From Malacoraja senta (taxonomy: Eukaryota), in contig CM075988.1 of the NCBI GenBank assembly GCA_038087875.1, positions 14,448,001-14,512,000 of the forward strand: a DNA stretch of 64,000 nt, read 5' to 3'. The first letter of the stretch is position 1, and each line of letters starts with the position of its first letter. A program made the position numbers and the translations under genes. Positions 39,746 through 52,320 of the stretch are shown here, one piece after another. Under the pieces are notes generated by a model, which saw only the letters and a program-made list of their open reading frames with translations, did no database searches and was not told where the DNA came from.

Positions 39746-39913
39746 ATATATATTCTTGGTTCTCAAAAGTAGAATGTGTGATGAAACTATAACTTTGCAA
39801 TATTGGCAGGTTTTTGTACAGGTATGTGATAAAGTATGCAACTCTTGCTTCATAATCACCCTCGAAGGGTTTAACCATTAGTCAGTATCTTCAAACTTGC
39901 CTCAATGATTATA

Positions 39914-40650
39914 TCAAGTTCAAGTTCAAGATTGCGTTTATTTTCACTTAACCGACTAAGGTACAGTGAAATTTGAGTTACCATACAGCCATACTAAGTG
40001 AAAAGAACACAATACACACATAAAATAAAATTTAACATAAACATCCACCACAGTGGAATCTACATTCCTCACTGTGATGGAAGGCAATAAAGTTCAGTCA
40101 TCGTCCTCCTTGTTCACCTGTGTCAGGGCCTTGAACCCTCTGCACTTGCCGTTGCTGACGGTCCGATGTTCAAGCCCTCTCGTCGGGATGATCGAAACTC
40201 CGGCGTCAGAATGGATTGGAACACTCGAGTGGGCATGGATCTCCCGAGTCGGCCACTTTTTACCAGAGACCGCGGGCTTCACGGTGTTAAAGTCCACAGG
40301 CCCTGCGGTCGGAGAACTTCTTCTGGCGATCCTCGGCATAGGATCCATTGCTCTGCGATGGTAAGTCCGCGCCATGCCTGCAGCTTGAAGCTCCGGGCTG
40401 GTTTCCAGGAAAGGCTGCACCACTCCAGGTTGTTAGGCCGCAGAGGGGGAGGAGACGCGACGGAGAAAATCGCATCTCCGTCGAGGTAAGTGACTGGAAA
40501 AAATTTCCCCCGTTCCCCCGATCCCCCACCCCCCACATAAAACATAGCAAGAAACATTAAAACAAACATTCAAAACAGACTTAAAATAATAAAAACAGGG
40601 AAGTAGACGAACAGACTGCTGGCGAGGCAGCCACAGAGGTGGCGCCACCC
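39914..40650 (-). mobile_element. GC-rich non-autonomous retroelement with LINE-type tail
   Basis: The minus strand ends aaatttcactgtacc...aataaa...(CTTGAA)n. Similar tails occur alone at ~5612-5670 and ~12626-12690 (+). No credible ORF. Confidence 0.7.
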
Positions 40651-41423
40651 GATGGACCTTACTGACAAAAAAGTTATATTTGTCAAACCATGATCAATCC
40701 AGCAAGATTGATCCAGCAAGTCAAATGCAGGCAAGTGTCTTTAGTCAGAGGGTTGTGAATCTGTGGAATTCATTCCCACAGATGGGTGTGAAGGACAAGA
40801 CAGCGTTTTTTTAAGGTAGAGATAGATTTTTGATTAGTAAGGGTGTCAGAAGCTATGGACAGAAGGCAGGAGAATGGGGTTGAGAGGGAAAGATAGATCA
40901 GCCATGATTGAATGGCGGAGTAGACTTGATGGGCTGAATGGCCTAATACTGCTCCTATGACATGAACTTATGACTTGTGAAGAGCCAAATCAAAAGACAC
41001 AAGCCCCATGTCTGCTTTGCTTTTTCATTTACTTCCACAGCATCAGTCCATCCTTTCACAACTGGTCACAGCTATTCACAGGTCAGTGGAGAGAACTTCA
41101 CTGCAGTGCCTTTCTCTTGCACTTATATCGTCAAAAGGAGCAGGTGCTAACTTCTGTCATTAAAATATGTCAAGGTAGCGAACATCACATGCAAGAGACA
41201 TCCAAGTGCTCCAAATTCACACTCATGCTAGTTGGCAGAATCAACACATTACTGTTGCCATCTGCAAACCAAGAGACATGTTACAAAGGAGGGATGAACT
41301 CACTGTTAATGCAATTGTTGAAAGTAGCGTCTGGAAGACGTAGACAATTAAGATATTGGACTTGTTTCACAACATATAGAGTAGGACAGACAAACTCTCA
41401 TTCTTCAAACCTCTTAGTCAGGA

Positions 41424-42190
41424 AACAGAAAACAAGAGTAGGCCATTCAGCCTTCAAACTTTACACGTTAGAGATACAGTGTCCCTTCAGCCCACTGAGT
41501 CCACGCCGACTAGCAATCATCCTGTATACTAGCACTAGCCTACACACTAGGGACATTTTACAAAAGCCAATTAACGTACAAATTTGTACGTCTTTGGAAT
41601 GTGAGAGGAAAGCGGAGCACCCGCAGAAAAACCTCGTAGTCACAGGGAGAACGTACCAACTCCAAATAGACAACACTCGTAGTCAGGATGAAACTGGATC
41701 TCTGGCACTGTATCGCCCTTCAAGCCTGAGTAAAATAATATTTTACTCCTTGATGCCTTGTGTCCAGAAATCCATCTACTTATTAAATATAATCTGTGAT
41801 TTGAACGTCTAACACTGTGCTAGAAAATGTCACAGGCTCGCCACCCGTGAAACATTTCCCTTCATCTCAGTCCTATGTTTCTTTCACCATGTCCTGAAAC
41901 CGACTCCTCATCCTAGATGGCACAGAGAGGGACGACAGCCTCCTCACATTCAGCCTGCCCATCTCTGTCAGAGATTTCCAAGTTTCTACCGGGTCCCCAA
42001 CTCATCCTTTAAACTCCATTGATTAGAAACCTGGTCAAACTAATCTCTCCTGTGATACCAGGAATCAGTCTGCCAAACCTTTGTGGCACTCTCTCTAATG
42101 CAAGTATATCCTTTTTTAGATTAGGGGACAAAAGCCACTACAATCCTCTGGGATGGTCTCACCAAAGAGCCATTTAATTGCAGCAAAATA
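41424..42190 (-). mobile_element. Degenerate CR1 3' end with an inserted HE1-type SINE (~41466-41712)
   Basis: Tail/3' UTR ggaaacagaaaacaagagtaggccattcagcc; RT-like ccaggaatcagtctgccaaacct...ggtctcacc. Confidence 0.7.
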
Positions 42191-43124
42191 TCAAATCATC
42201 AATATTTGCTGGTCATTCTGAATGCAAATGTCACAAATATTGGTTTATTAGTTCAACTCATTTATTAATGGAAAAAGAAATGCCATTGAAGTGTTTACCT
42301 CAACTCACAGATGCACCATTTGACATTACTATTCATAAACTATTTACCTGTAATTAAAATCACTCAACACATATGTTGGCCGACATGTTTGCTAAATGTT
42401 TCGTGGGGATTCCTGCATCATGAAGAGCATCAAGACATCCAACTGTGTGGATTGAGTAAGCAAAACAAATATGTATTCAACAACATTGAGACTGTTATTA
42501 CTGCATTTACTTTTAAAATCTATGTTGAAAAACAGAGCCATAAAAAAAAAAAGGCTTGTTCAAACCTGAAATGTCACCAAGTCTTAGGATACATTACACT
42601 GGAGGTCATAACTCAAACAGAGGATCACACTCTCCCCCTTTCTAAACCTCCACCCACTTTCACTCTACACCAATTCCAACCAAACCCCAACCTGGTTGCA
42701 CAAACCTGCCTCCCATGCCTCCACAACAGCACCGCTCACCACAACTACAACCCCACAACCAACGTTAGGCAAAGCATTTGTTGCATTTTTGCCTGGACCT
42801 GCAGTTTTCCCAATATCGTTACCTTCTGAAGAATTGATTCAAGACTGTACATGACCCTGTCAGAGTCCCATGTTAACCTAACCTGGGCAGAAGCATGAGT
42901 TAGGGATAAGGGATAAGAGTCCAATGAAGGGTCTTGACTTGATACTTCACCTATTCCTTTTCTCCAGAGATGCTGCCTGACCGTTGAGTTATTCCAGCAT
43001 TTCGTGTCTATCTATCTAAGGGGTTAAAGGTCAAAAGAACGGGAAAATTTGCTGTCACATTGGTCGAATTTTGAACCTCTAAATAAGTATGCTCGGCCTC
43101 AAATTCCTGCCTTAATAACAATCT

Positions 43125-43482
43125 TACTTAGACGTTGACTTAGTTCCTCCCACACTGTTGAGTGCATTGTGCTGCAAGCTTTCGCCATTCTGTTTGGTTA
43201 TGTGCGACGTCTCCACCCTCGATAGGTTTTAGCGTCCCAGACTTCCAAATCCTTCTTGAACGTTCGGCTCCATGTGAGTTCTGGTCGGCCTCTTTTCCTT
43301 CTTCCGTCAGGTTGCCATGTCATTTATATCTTAGGTGCATGTTCTGGTGACATTCTGAGTACATGTCCTGCAAATTTCGTCCTGCGTCCCTCTATGTCCT
43401 GGCTGAGAGGCTTTGTTACAGTTTCACGGTAGATCTCCTCGTTTGTGACGTGGTCTCTGTAGCTGGTCTTCAACAATCAGCA
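43125..43482 (-). mobile_element. RTE-clade LINE 3' end
   Basis: Hand translation LLKTSYRDHVTNEEIYR...KFAGHVLRM...TWQPDGRRKRGRPELTWSRTFKKDL; tail ctaagtcaacgtctaagtaag. Confidence 0.85.
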
Positions 43483-45074
43483 CTATTTTTTTTCACTCAA
43501 TAATAAAATGTCAGGAAAGGAAAAAGGATAAACCTTCTGACAAAGGTGGTTTCCTAACATTCAAGCAGTGCGAGGAGCCTGCAGATGTGATCACATCCAA
43601 CCCTTGTAGTGAAAGGGAAAACCCTGGGTTCAATTACGAGGATCAAAGGCTGGCTCAGCTCTTCTTAACAGCTGCACATCCGGAGAGTTTCACTGACTGG
43701 AAAGGCTTTATAATGGTAATTGATCTTGTGTCGGTATGTTTTACACAAGAGATGATTTTTCTCGCAAGTGTGCTGGGTTGCAATACAAATGCTTTCATTC
43801 TCCAAGATGCACAGGTTGGTTCAATGCTTTGACATCATCGTGCTTGTTACTCAGTAGCACATGCCCGAGGTGCAACATTGCCAATAAAATAGAACACAAT
43901 TAGCAATCCCGTCGTCTTTGAAATATGTTAACACGTTGACAAGGTCTCCTATTAAAATGATGAGATTTTGAATAAAAGTAGCATTCAGTATTGTATGTGC
44001 CAAACTTATGTTCTCCCTGTAGCGAATGGGCTGTGTATCTAATGATGTTACACATTGGATTCTTCTCAGATTCAAATAATTTAAAATGTGTTCAAATAAT
44101 TCAAAAGTATGATTAATACAAATGGAATGAACCCTTTTAGCTGGAGCTATAAATTCAGTAGCTATAAAATTTAACTCCAGTGTTGAATTAATGAACTTTC
44201 AGATTCAGTAAATTAGTTGGCAAAACTTTTATGGTGAACAACAACATGGTCAAAAGATTAAAAATAGCAAGGTTAATCTAATACAGGCAGTAATAAAACT
44301 CCAGTGCCGGAGCCTGGAGTTTAGGCACATTAGACTAATTAAGCTTTACACTGAGCGTGAAATGTAACAGATTACATTCATACAATAGAGCACATCCACT
44401 GGAAATTACTTCCCATCCTGTCCTGTGTCAGATGAGATCGTAGTCACGTACCTGTTCTGCTTCTATTTTAATCTTGAAAATTACAAAGGTTATGATGGCA
44501 TTGTAGTTAAATATTGGAATAACAATTCAGATGCCTGGAATTCTCCCCATAACCCCTGTCAGGGCTTATGGGGAGAAGGCAGGAGAACGGGGCCGAGGGG
44601 AAATGATAGATCAGCCATGATTGAATGGTGGAGTAGACTTGATGGGCCAAACGGACTAATTCTGCTCCTATCATTTATGAATAATGATTTGAATATACTA
44701 ATCCATGATGAATGGAAAAGTTCCATATCTATATAATCAGATGCATGAAACAAGAAGAATTGATAATATGTGGACATTTAGATAACAGCTCCCTGATGCC
44801 GTTGAGGGAAGATTTTCCATCCTTATTTGACTTGCAACTCCAAACACTACTAAGTGAATGATTCTTATATGCCGAAGACAGACACAAAAAGCTGGAGTAA
44901 CTCAGCGAGACAGGCAGCATCTCTGGAGAGAAGGAATGGGTGACATTTCAGGTCGAGACTATGGCCCATGAAATAGCCCTGCAGTTAACTCAACAGCAAT
45001 TCAGCTTGTACAATACATGCTGGTCTTGCTACTGCCACTAGCATCTTTCTGAAAAATATTCAGGTGGTGCAGCG

Positions 45075-45376
45075 GGGCAACATGGTGGTGCAGGAGTAGA
45101 GCGGCTGCCTTACAGACCCGGGTTCGATCCCCACAAACGGGTGCTGTCTGTACAGAGTTTATACATTCTCTCCACCTGTGGGTTTTCCCTGGGTGCTCCG
45201 GTTTCCTCCCACACTCCATAGCCGTACAGGTTTGTAGGTTAAGTGGCTTGGTAAAAAAAAAAACATTGTAAATTGCCCCTAACGTGATGAAAACTGCTAG
45301 TGTACAGGGATCCCTGGTCAGTGCGGACTCAGTGGGCCAAAAGGCCTTTTTCTGCCCTGTATCTCCAAACTAAACT
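45075..45376 (+). mobile_element. HE1-type SINE
   Basis: B box ggttcgatcc, central domain, tail ctgtatctccaaactaaac. Confidence 0.9.
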
Positions 45377-45638
45377 CTATATCTAAACCAGCCCTAGTAA
45401 TATCACCAGTCATTGTGTTTTGTGTTTGTGAAGAGGCGAGTGTCATGGGTCAACACAAGGGGAGGCAAAGCATACATTGCACTTGGCAACACACCTACTT
45501 GATCAAAAATTGTGGGACTTGCCACTAGAAGGGGCAGCAATGGTAACATAGTCAGTTCATTGCTGAGAGAAAAAGAGAATGGAATCATGCAAAATGGATT
45601 GACGTTCCATCCTTTTAAAAAGTAACACACCCAGTATT

Positions 45639-46685
45639 TAGCAATGTTACAAAATTTTGAGATTTTAAAAATCAAGTCTGCAATTTATACCATCAGATAA
45701 AGCATAAAAATAAGTTTAATTTGACACCTAATTCACTTTCATATCTTCAGTATTAAAAAAGTTATGGCCATTTTCATACTCTGAAATTAGCATCTTGTTC
45801 CCTATTGCTTTTCCATTGACTTAACTCAAAAGCTGTGATCAAAGACAGTCAAAAGCCCATAACTTTCTTAAAAATTAAGAGAACTGAATGAAATTTTCAG
45901 TTATTTTAGATTGAAGCATTCTGAAACAAATATGAAACAATCTTACTTGGATGACCTGAAATTAAAGCATATAATTAGTTAGTTACCCAATTGTAGCTAA
46001 TTACAAAATTCAATTACTAGATCTAAACATCTATCCATTTCTTCAGAAATGGTTAACATTTTTAAATAGCCTAAGTGTTCAAATAACAGTCACACAATCA
46101 TTCACAATATAACATGATTTTTAAATCTCATTGTCATTAATTTATAGGCCAAATGGAAGGAATTTAGTGTTTAATTCCCGTAAATTAATGGCCATTTAAA
46201 TCATCTTGCGAGTGGGTTTTTGAGGAACGCGCTGGTTTGGAACGTTGCGGTTTGCGGTGAATTTAAACCTCATATCGGCAGGAAAAATACTGCCAGTTCA
46301 TATATTTACATAATGACATTTTCGCAACGTAAAATTTTGATTAAAGGCATCCTTAGAAGCAAGTTTATATATAAAATAAACGGCTTTCCTTTACCTGTCC
46401 CGTGCGTGAAATCCGTCCCCTTTGTCGAGAAATTGTCGGCTTTAGAAGATTATTTTTAACTTACTCTTGTTCGTAAAATATCCAGTGCAGTTTAAAAGAA
46501 ACTTAATAAAACGGCAGTCGAAGCGATTATTCTTTAGCAGCTAAACAGCCTGTTCAAAATCGATTTGAATAGGCTTGAGAAATACTGCATTTTAAACCCG
46601 CCCCCCTCTCAAAGGTGCCAAAGTCGCACACACGGGCAGTGACAGAACTGCAGCGCCGCTGAAGGTAAGTTTTGTAACATACCTA
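45639..46685. mobile_element. ~1.05-kb non-autonomous DNA transposon, superfamily unassigned
   Basis: Imperfect TIRs TAGCAATGTTACAAAATTT vs the reverse complement of the right end, TAGGTATGTTACAAAACTT; flanks cagtatt / caatatt. Confidence 0.7.
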
Positions 46686-46861
46686 CAATATTATGAGCCA
46701 CATAATTATTCTGGAACAGGCCGACTATGCCATCAGGTTGCAAATATTAAGACAGTACTCAATAAATTTGCAAATCAATGGGTGGCAGAGATTTCCCATC
46801 AAGGATAGAGGGAAAAATGCCATTTGCTGATTACTGCCCTTGAGAATCAAGTGAGGTATAA

Positions 46862-47030
46862 GACATAGAAACATAGAAAAATAGGTGCCGGAGTAGGCCA
46901 TTCAGCCCTTCGAGCCAGCACCGCCATTCAATATGATCATGGCTGATTATTTAAAATCAGTACCCTGCTTTTCCCCCTTATCCCTTGATTCCTTTAGCCC
47001 AAAGAGTTAAATCTAACTCTCTCTTGAAAG
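46862..47030 (-). mobile_element. CR1-type LINE 3' end
   Basis: acatagaaacatagaaaaataggtg...taactctctcttgaaagcat; same tail as the 14007 copy. Confidence 0.9.
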
Positions 47031-48936
47031 CATAGATCCTCCCCATTCCTGCCCAGATCTACAGTCCAACCTCATTTGTAAGATATCCATAGCCTTTGTA
47101 GTGGCCATTTGGCTTGTTTTGCATTTCATTGATGATGGCATGTGCCTTTAAATTTTAGACTGCCCGTTATATTGTGGGTGGGATTTATGATGTATTTTTG
47201 GGCGTGTTTTGGGCTATGTATCCTGCGCAGGAGCTTAATTTTTTGTTTTTATTTTGGAGGAGCAGGGAGAAGGTTTACCCTTCGACCATGCGAAGTGTAA
47301 CGGAGACACGATGAGTTTTCTCATGTTTAAAGTGATAAGCTGGAGTTCGATGAAGATTATGGTAACGTCAGAAGAAATTTGGATGTATCTTACTTTCTAT
47401 CAACAATAAAGCATTTATTCATCAAAAGACTGTGTTTTGAAGAATTATCTGTGAGGAAGCTCTGAAGGTCTCTGTGGGTGAGCTCGCATGCGTTTTGAAG
47501 ACATTCCCCTTAACCATGCTTGTCCATTTAGCGGCTAGAGGGTTAATTTCTTGAACGGTATAAAAATCGTCCGCTACAGCCTTCATCAACCAGATTACAT
47601 TCTCACAAACAGCAAACAATACATTTCTAAATTTCAAAAGTTCTAAATTTTATAAACTTTTAAAAAACTAATTACAGATTGGAACAAACATGCATTAAAG
47701 TGGAACATGAAATATTATGAAGATTAGACAATAAAAATCAAGTCCATAAACCTTTATTCTTCTAAAACAAAGGCATTTTCAAATATTGTACAATACTGTT
47801 TAATCAATATCTTTTCAGAGAGGTATAGCTTAGTGCAATGTTAAATATCCAACTACAACCCAGTCATCAACATTTGACATGTTCAGTGGCTTTTATATCA
47901 AGAATTGTGTGGAAAAGGTTGATGTTCATCTCAATTCACTGATTCCACATTGATTGCATTGACAAAGTTTACAACAACACACCCTGCAGAGAGCAATATG
48001 CTATATGTGTCTGGAATTTTTAGGTTTCTGTGTTTAACTGTACCATGTGCGGAGCCCAGAAGTTGCACTTAGTTTCAGAATAATGACAGCAAGCATTGAC
48101 ATTCACTCTCAGTGAATTCCAGGCCATTAGAACTGGATCTGAATGTTATCCAGTGCTGCTTTGATCGAGTTGCCCAGGAAGGAGCAGGTATTTCATCAGG
48201 AAAAGGTTAATGTTCTGTATTCTTGTATCACCTTGACCTTAATGTAATTGAGTGGATTCGACAAACCCCCTGAAGGTCAGAACCAATAATGGAAGCAGCC
48301 GAGGATCTATACGGCAGTCTTTTCCACGAGAAGAAAGTGAAATCAGAAGTCTGTCAATGTCAAGGCATAGATGAAGGGGCTCTGCAAAGCACAGAATCTG
48401 CAATTGCTGTTATACAATTACTCCTCTGGTTCCAAAAGATGTAGGAACAATTAGCTCCAAAAGCAGATTACCACTTCAAGTTATTAATTCCTGGTGTTTC
48501 CTTTACCTTCAATCCATAATGTATATTAAGACATAGCCCAACTTTGAATTAACTGCAGAACATCAGTCCAGTTACAGACCGTGTGTGTCGTCTATTATCA
48601 GTTTCAGCATACTCCACCAGACCTGAAGAGTACAGAACAAACTTTAATTCAAATTCCATTCATTTCCATTTGATGCGCCAATGGTCTTGGTTCTACTTCA
48701 GGTTCCATTTTTCTTTTCCAGACTTATTAAAATATTGTAATTTTCTTTCAATCCCCACAATCCATTCTATGGAGTTTTTCTCTGATAATAATGGACCCTT
48801 AATGACCATTTTTCAGCAACAGGGGTTCCATTGCTGCACAGGATCATTCATAATTACAGATTCATTGTTAACCAAGGAAGCTAAAGAAAATCAAAACCAT
48901 ACAAGTGGCAAAATATTGATGACTTGTTTTACCATT

Positions 48937-49225
48937 TGAAGGTCTGGTCGGGGGGGGGGGGGGGGGGAGTTCCCCCCACCACGGGTACCATGTAATCCCG
49001 TTCTATATGGTTGGATAGTTGGCGACTAAACCGTCTCCCCCACCTGGTTTGCCAGGTGCGGAGGGGGCTGTGGACCCCCAGCAGGACCAAAATCAAGACC
49101 TGTCAAAGGGCTGATGAGCACCTAGCGAGCCAACAGCCATCCACATTTCAGTAGACCTTGCGATCACTTTCGTACGTAGCATTGTAAGGCACCGTGCCCG
49201 TTGATGTTTTCATCGATGATGATGA
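48937..49225 (+). mobile_element. Short non-autonomous retroelement with (GAT)n tail, probably RTE-mobilised
   Basis: Exact 12-bp TSD tgttttaccatt at 48925-48936 and 49226-49237; (GAT)n tail; G18 run at 48950-48967. Confidence 0.8.
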
Positions 49226-51083
49226 TGTTTTACCATTACTTTAGATCTCTGTTGGTCCATCTTATAGGCAAGAATATCCGTAAAGGCTGGTATACAACTG
49301 ATAGGATACGGCACATAACATTCATACAACTTAATTTTCAGACTCCCTCATAAACTTCCATCTTCCACTTATTTCTCTATATTACTTCTAAAGTGTTATC
49401 TTGATCTCATCTCTTCAATACCTGTTAATCTTAATTTCACAATCTTTTTCAGTATTGATGTTCTGCTCCTTGGGCTATTGCTTTTCATCGAAGCTCCTAA
49501 ATATTTTCTAAAATTACTGATAACATAAATAGTTAGAGCAAATTAACCAAACTGTAGACGTAATGAAGGAACAACTTGCATCTTCAGTGTGTGGACCAGC
49601 AACATGGAACCTTGTCCAGAACAGCCCATGTTGGAAAATGGCAGACAACTCATTGTGGCCTTACACCATTACCAGCCACTGACAGCATTCTGCTTGGGAT
49701 ACTGCCCGTTATGTTCTCGTGCCTGATTTCATAATAGCAATCTATCAGGGTGAGAGCCACGTGGGGAACTAGATTTAGAGGCCATTTTTGATCAAGTTCT
49801 ATCCAAGCTCTGCAAGCCCTTTAATGAGGGAGGCTGTTATGTTTTATCTCTTTTTGTATCACAGCTATTTTCCTCACCATTAATGCAACCCATCATTTTC
49901 ACTGCAACTTGTTACAGAATTAACTCTTATACATGACTGCCTTGGGATGTTGTTCACGTCAGCTTCACAAGCACAAACCTTTCAAGTCTTTCACTCAAGT
50001 GACTAAACTACAAGATTCCAAGAGATTGTAAAGAATGGAAGTGAAAGCACACATTGTAACCTTGCGATATCATCATTATTCTAAATGTGTACTTCGACAG
50101 TCGACTGAAAATCAGTACAGAATTTACGACATATTTTTAGATTAATAAAAAATTCACCCTTCCTACATCACATCTTACTATTATAGAACTGCTTGCTGTT
50201 GTGATTCTAAATGTTTCAACTCTGCATGCAGATAACCAATTAGACCAAACAGCCAACCACTAAAGTAGGATCATTGCAGTTGATTATTCATCCAATGCTC
50301 AACATATAAAGGCCATTCCAGTGAGACAAAATAAAGTGGAACGTACCAACGAGCAATGTGCATCATATTCAGTGCACATAAACTGAAAGCTGGACATGAT
50401 ATAAAAACGCCTACCAAATAATATAGCTCATAAAATATTTCTTTCTGTGCAGAATGGCACTGCAAGATTTTGATATTCTCATGCCTCAGCAATTTGAGTT
50501 AAAAGCCATCCTCACTAAGATATGAATGACAACATTAATTTCAAAGCTTAGAATCCAGTTTTATGTAACTGGCAACCCACATGATAAGGCTACTCGTAAT
50601 TCAATTTCAGGCAGGCAATTGAATTGATGAAACCAGTTAAAATGTACGTTTTATTTATATCCATACAGAATTCTGTGTCTGTACATATTATGTCTTTCAT
50701 TAATCACATAAGAATATGACTAAGTTACAATAAATATGTTTCTACCAATAAATTGTTGCAGTGCTGTATCAGTTATCCAGCTGTATTGGTACATTCCCCC
50801 TTCTCCCCTGCCAGCATCCCCCACCCGCTTGTCATCCCCAAGCTTATAGCAGACAAGAGGGGATTTTACTAGGACCTAACTGCAACTGATCCAAGATCTT
50901 CATTTCGCTGGGGAGAAATGAAAAGAGGAAACAAATCCTTTGTAAAACATCTGGCTACCTGGCTCAAGAGATTATCAATGGCTAAAAGAGAAAGGAGGGA
51001 TGGTGGTAAAGAAGAAACAGGCGGCACATGATATGTCAATGGGAAAGAACATGTTTGCCCTGATTCGAACTCAGAGATTTATT

Positions 51084-51323
51084 GTAATGGCCGCTCGTCG
51101 GTACTCGGGGCTCTCGTGGAATGTTGAAAACATGTTGAAAAATCTTCACGAGTCTTCCCGAGCTTACCGCGTTTCCCGAGTACCTGCCGTTAGCGTTACG
51201 AGCTGCTGAGAGACGTCCCCGAGTTCCGACGTACCCGCTACGTTCATTCTACGTGCTTACATGTTTGATTTTTTTTTAAACTCGGGAGAGCACTTGAATG
51301 AACTCGTACAGTGGGACAGGGCT
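51084..51323. mobile_element. One-ended MITE fragment of the GTCCCAC-TIR group
   Basis: Ends in ctcgtacagtgggacagggct; CpG-rich interior; no left TIR found. Confidence 0.7.
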
Positions 51324-51454
51324 TTAATTCTGATTATTACACTGGATGCAGACCAGATCTTTGATGATCAAAATTCATCCAAACCAATTGCATCTGTTTT
51401 CTCACTATGTTAAACTTTCAAATCTCTTGACCCCAATAATTTGTTTCTCTGTTT

Positions 51455-51973
51455 TGCGGAGAGTGTTGGGTGCCTGGAAACCTTTACCAGTGGTGATGGT
51501 GGTGAGCATAGCTACATTTGTGGTATTTAAGAGCTTTTAGACAGGCGCATGGATATGCAGAGAATGGAACTTGTGCTGGGAGAAGAGATTAGTGAAACTT
51601 GGTATCATGCTCAACATGGACATTGTGGGACAATGGGCTTGTTCCTGTGCTCAAATCCTCTCGCTATGAAGGCCAACATGCCATTAGTTTTCTTCACTGT
51701 CTGCTGTACCTGCATGCTTACTTTCAGTGACTGATGTACAAGGACATCCAGGTCTCATTGCACCTCCCCTTTTCCTAATCTAACACCATTCCGATAATTA
51801 TCTGCCTTCTTGGTCTACCAAAGTGGATAACCTCACATTAATCTACATTATACTGCATCTGCCATGCATCTGCCCACTCACCCAACCTATCCAAGTCACC
51901 CTGCAGCCTCATAGCATCCTTCTCACAGCTCACACTGCCACCCAGCTTTGTGTCATCCGCAAACTTGGAGATA
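51455..51973. mobile_element. Degenerate CR1 3' end (+) abutting an internal CR1 RT fragment (-, ~51647-51973)
   Basis: The minus fragment is nearly colinear with 14640-14962 (KFADDTKL...VKKTNGMLAFI). Confidence 0.85.
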
Positions 51974-52092
51974 CAATAATCCCAGAGAATACTTCAATCC
52001 CTTCTCCTATTCCTCTGCAGGTATACAATTTATTCTATCTCACACGGCCACCAACTTCCTTTTTTGAAAAATAAATATTTTTGTCATTACCT

Positions 52093-52320
52093 ACATGGAG
52101 TTTGTACGTTCTCTCAGTGACCCCGTGGGTTTTCTCAGAGTGCTCTGGTTTCATCCCACATTCCAAAGACATACAGATCTGTTGGCTAATTGGCTTCTGT
52201 AAATTGTAAATAGTCCCTATTGTGTGTAGGATAGTGTTAGTGTGCGGGGTGATTACTGGTCGGCGCAGGCTTGGTGGGCCAAAAGGCCCGTTTCCGCTCT
52301 GTATCTCTAAACTAAACTAA
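52093..52320 (+). mobile_element. HE1-type SINE, partial (other partial copies at ~22549-22666 +, 34530-34736 -, 37950-38062 -, 54165-54359 -)
   Basis: Central domain and (TAAAC)n tail. Confidence 0.85.

Noticed and set aside
40970..41812. Longest ORF in the track (280 aa)
   Set aside because: It runs through a CR1 tail and an antisense HE1 SINE and has no protein motif; a chance open frame.
47150..47710. CpG-containing segment that may be an old DNA-transposon piece
   Set aside because: No TIR pair, TSD or coding motif could be established.
49111..49117. CTGATGA hammerhead-like word
   Set aside because: No stem II followed by GAAA downstream.
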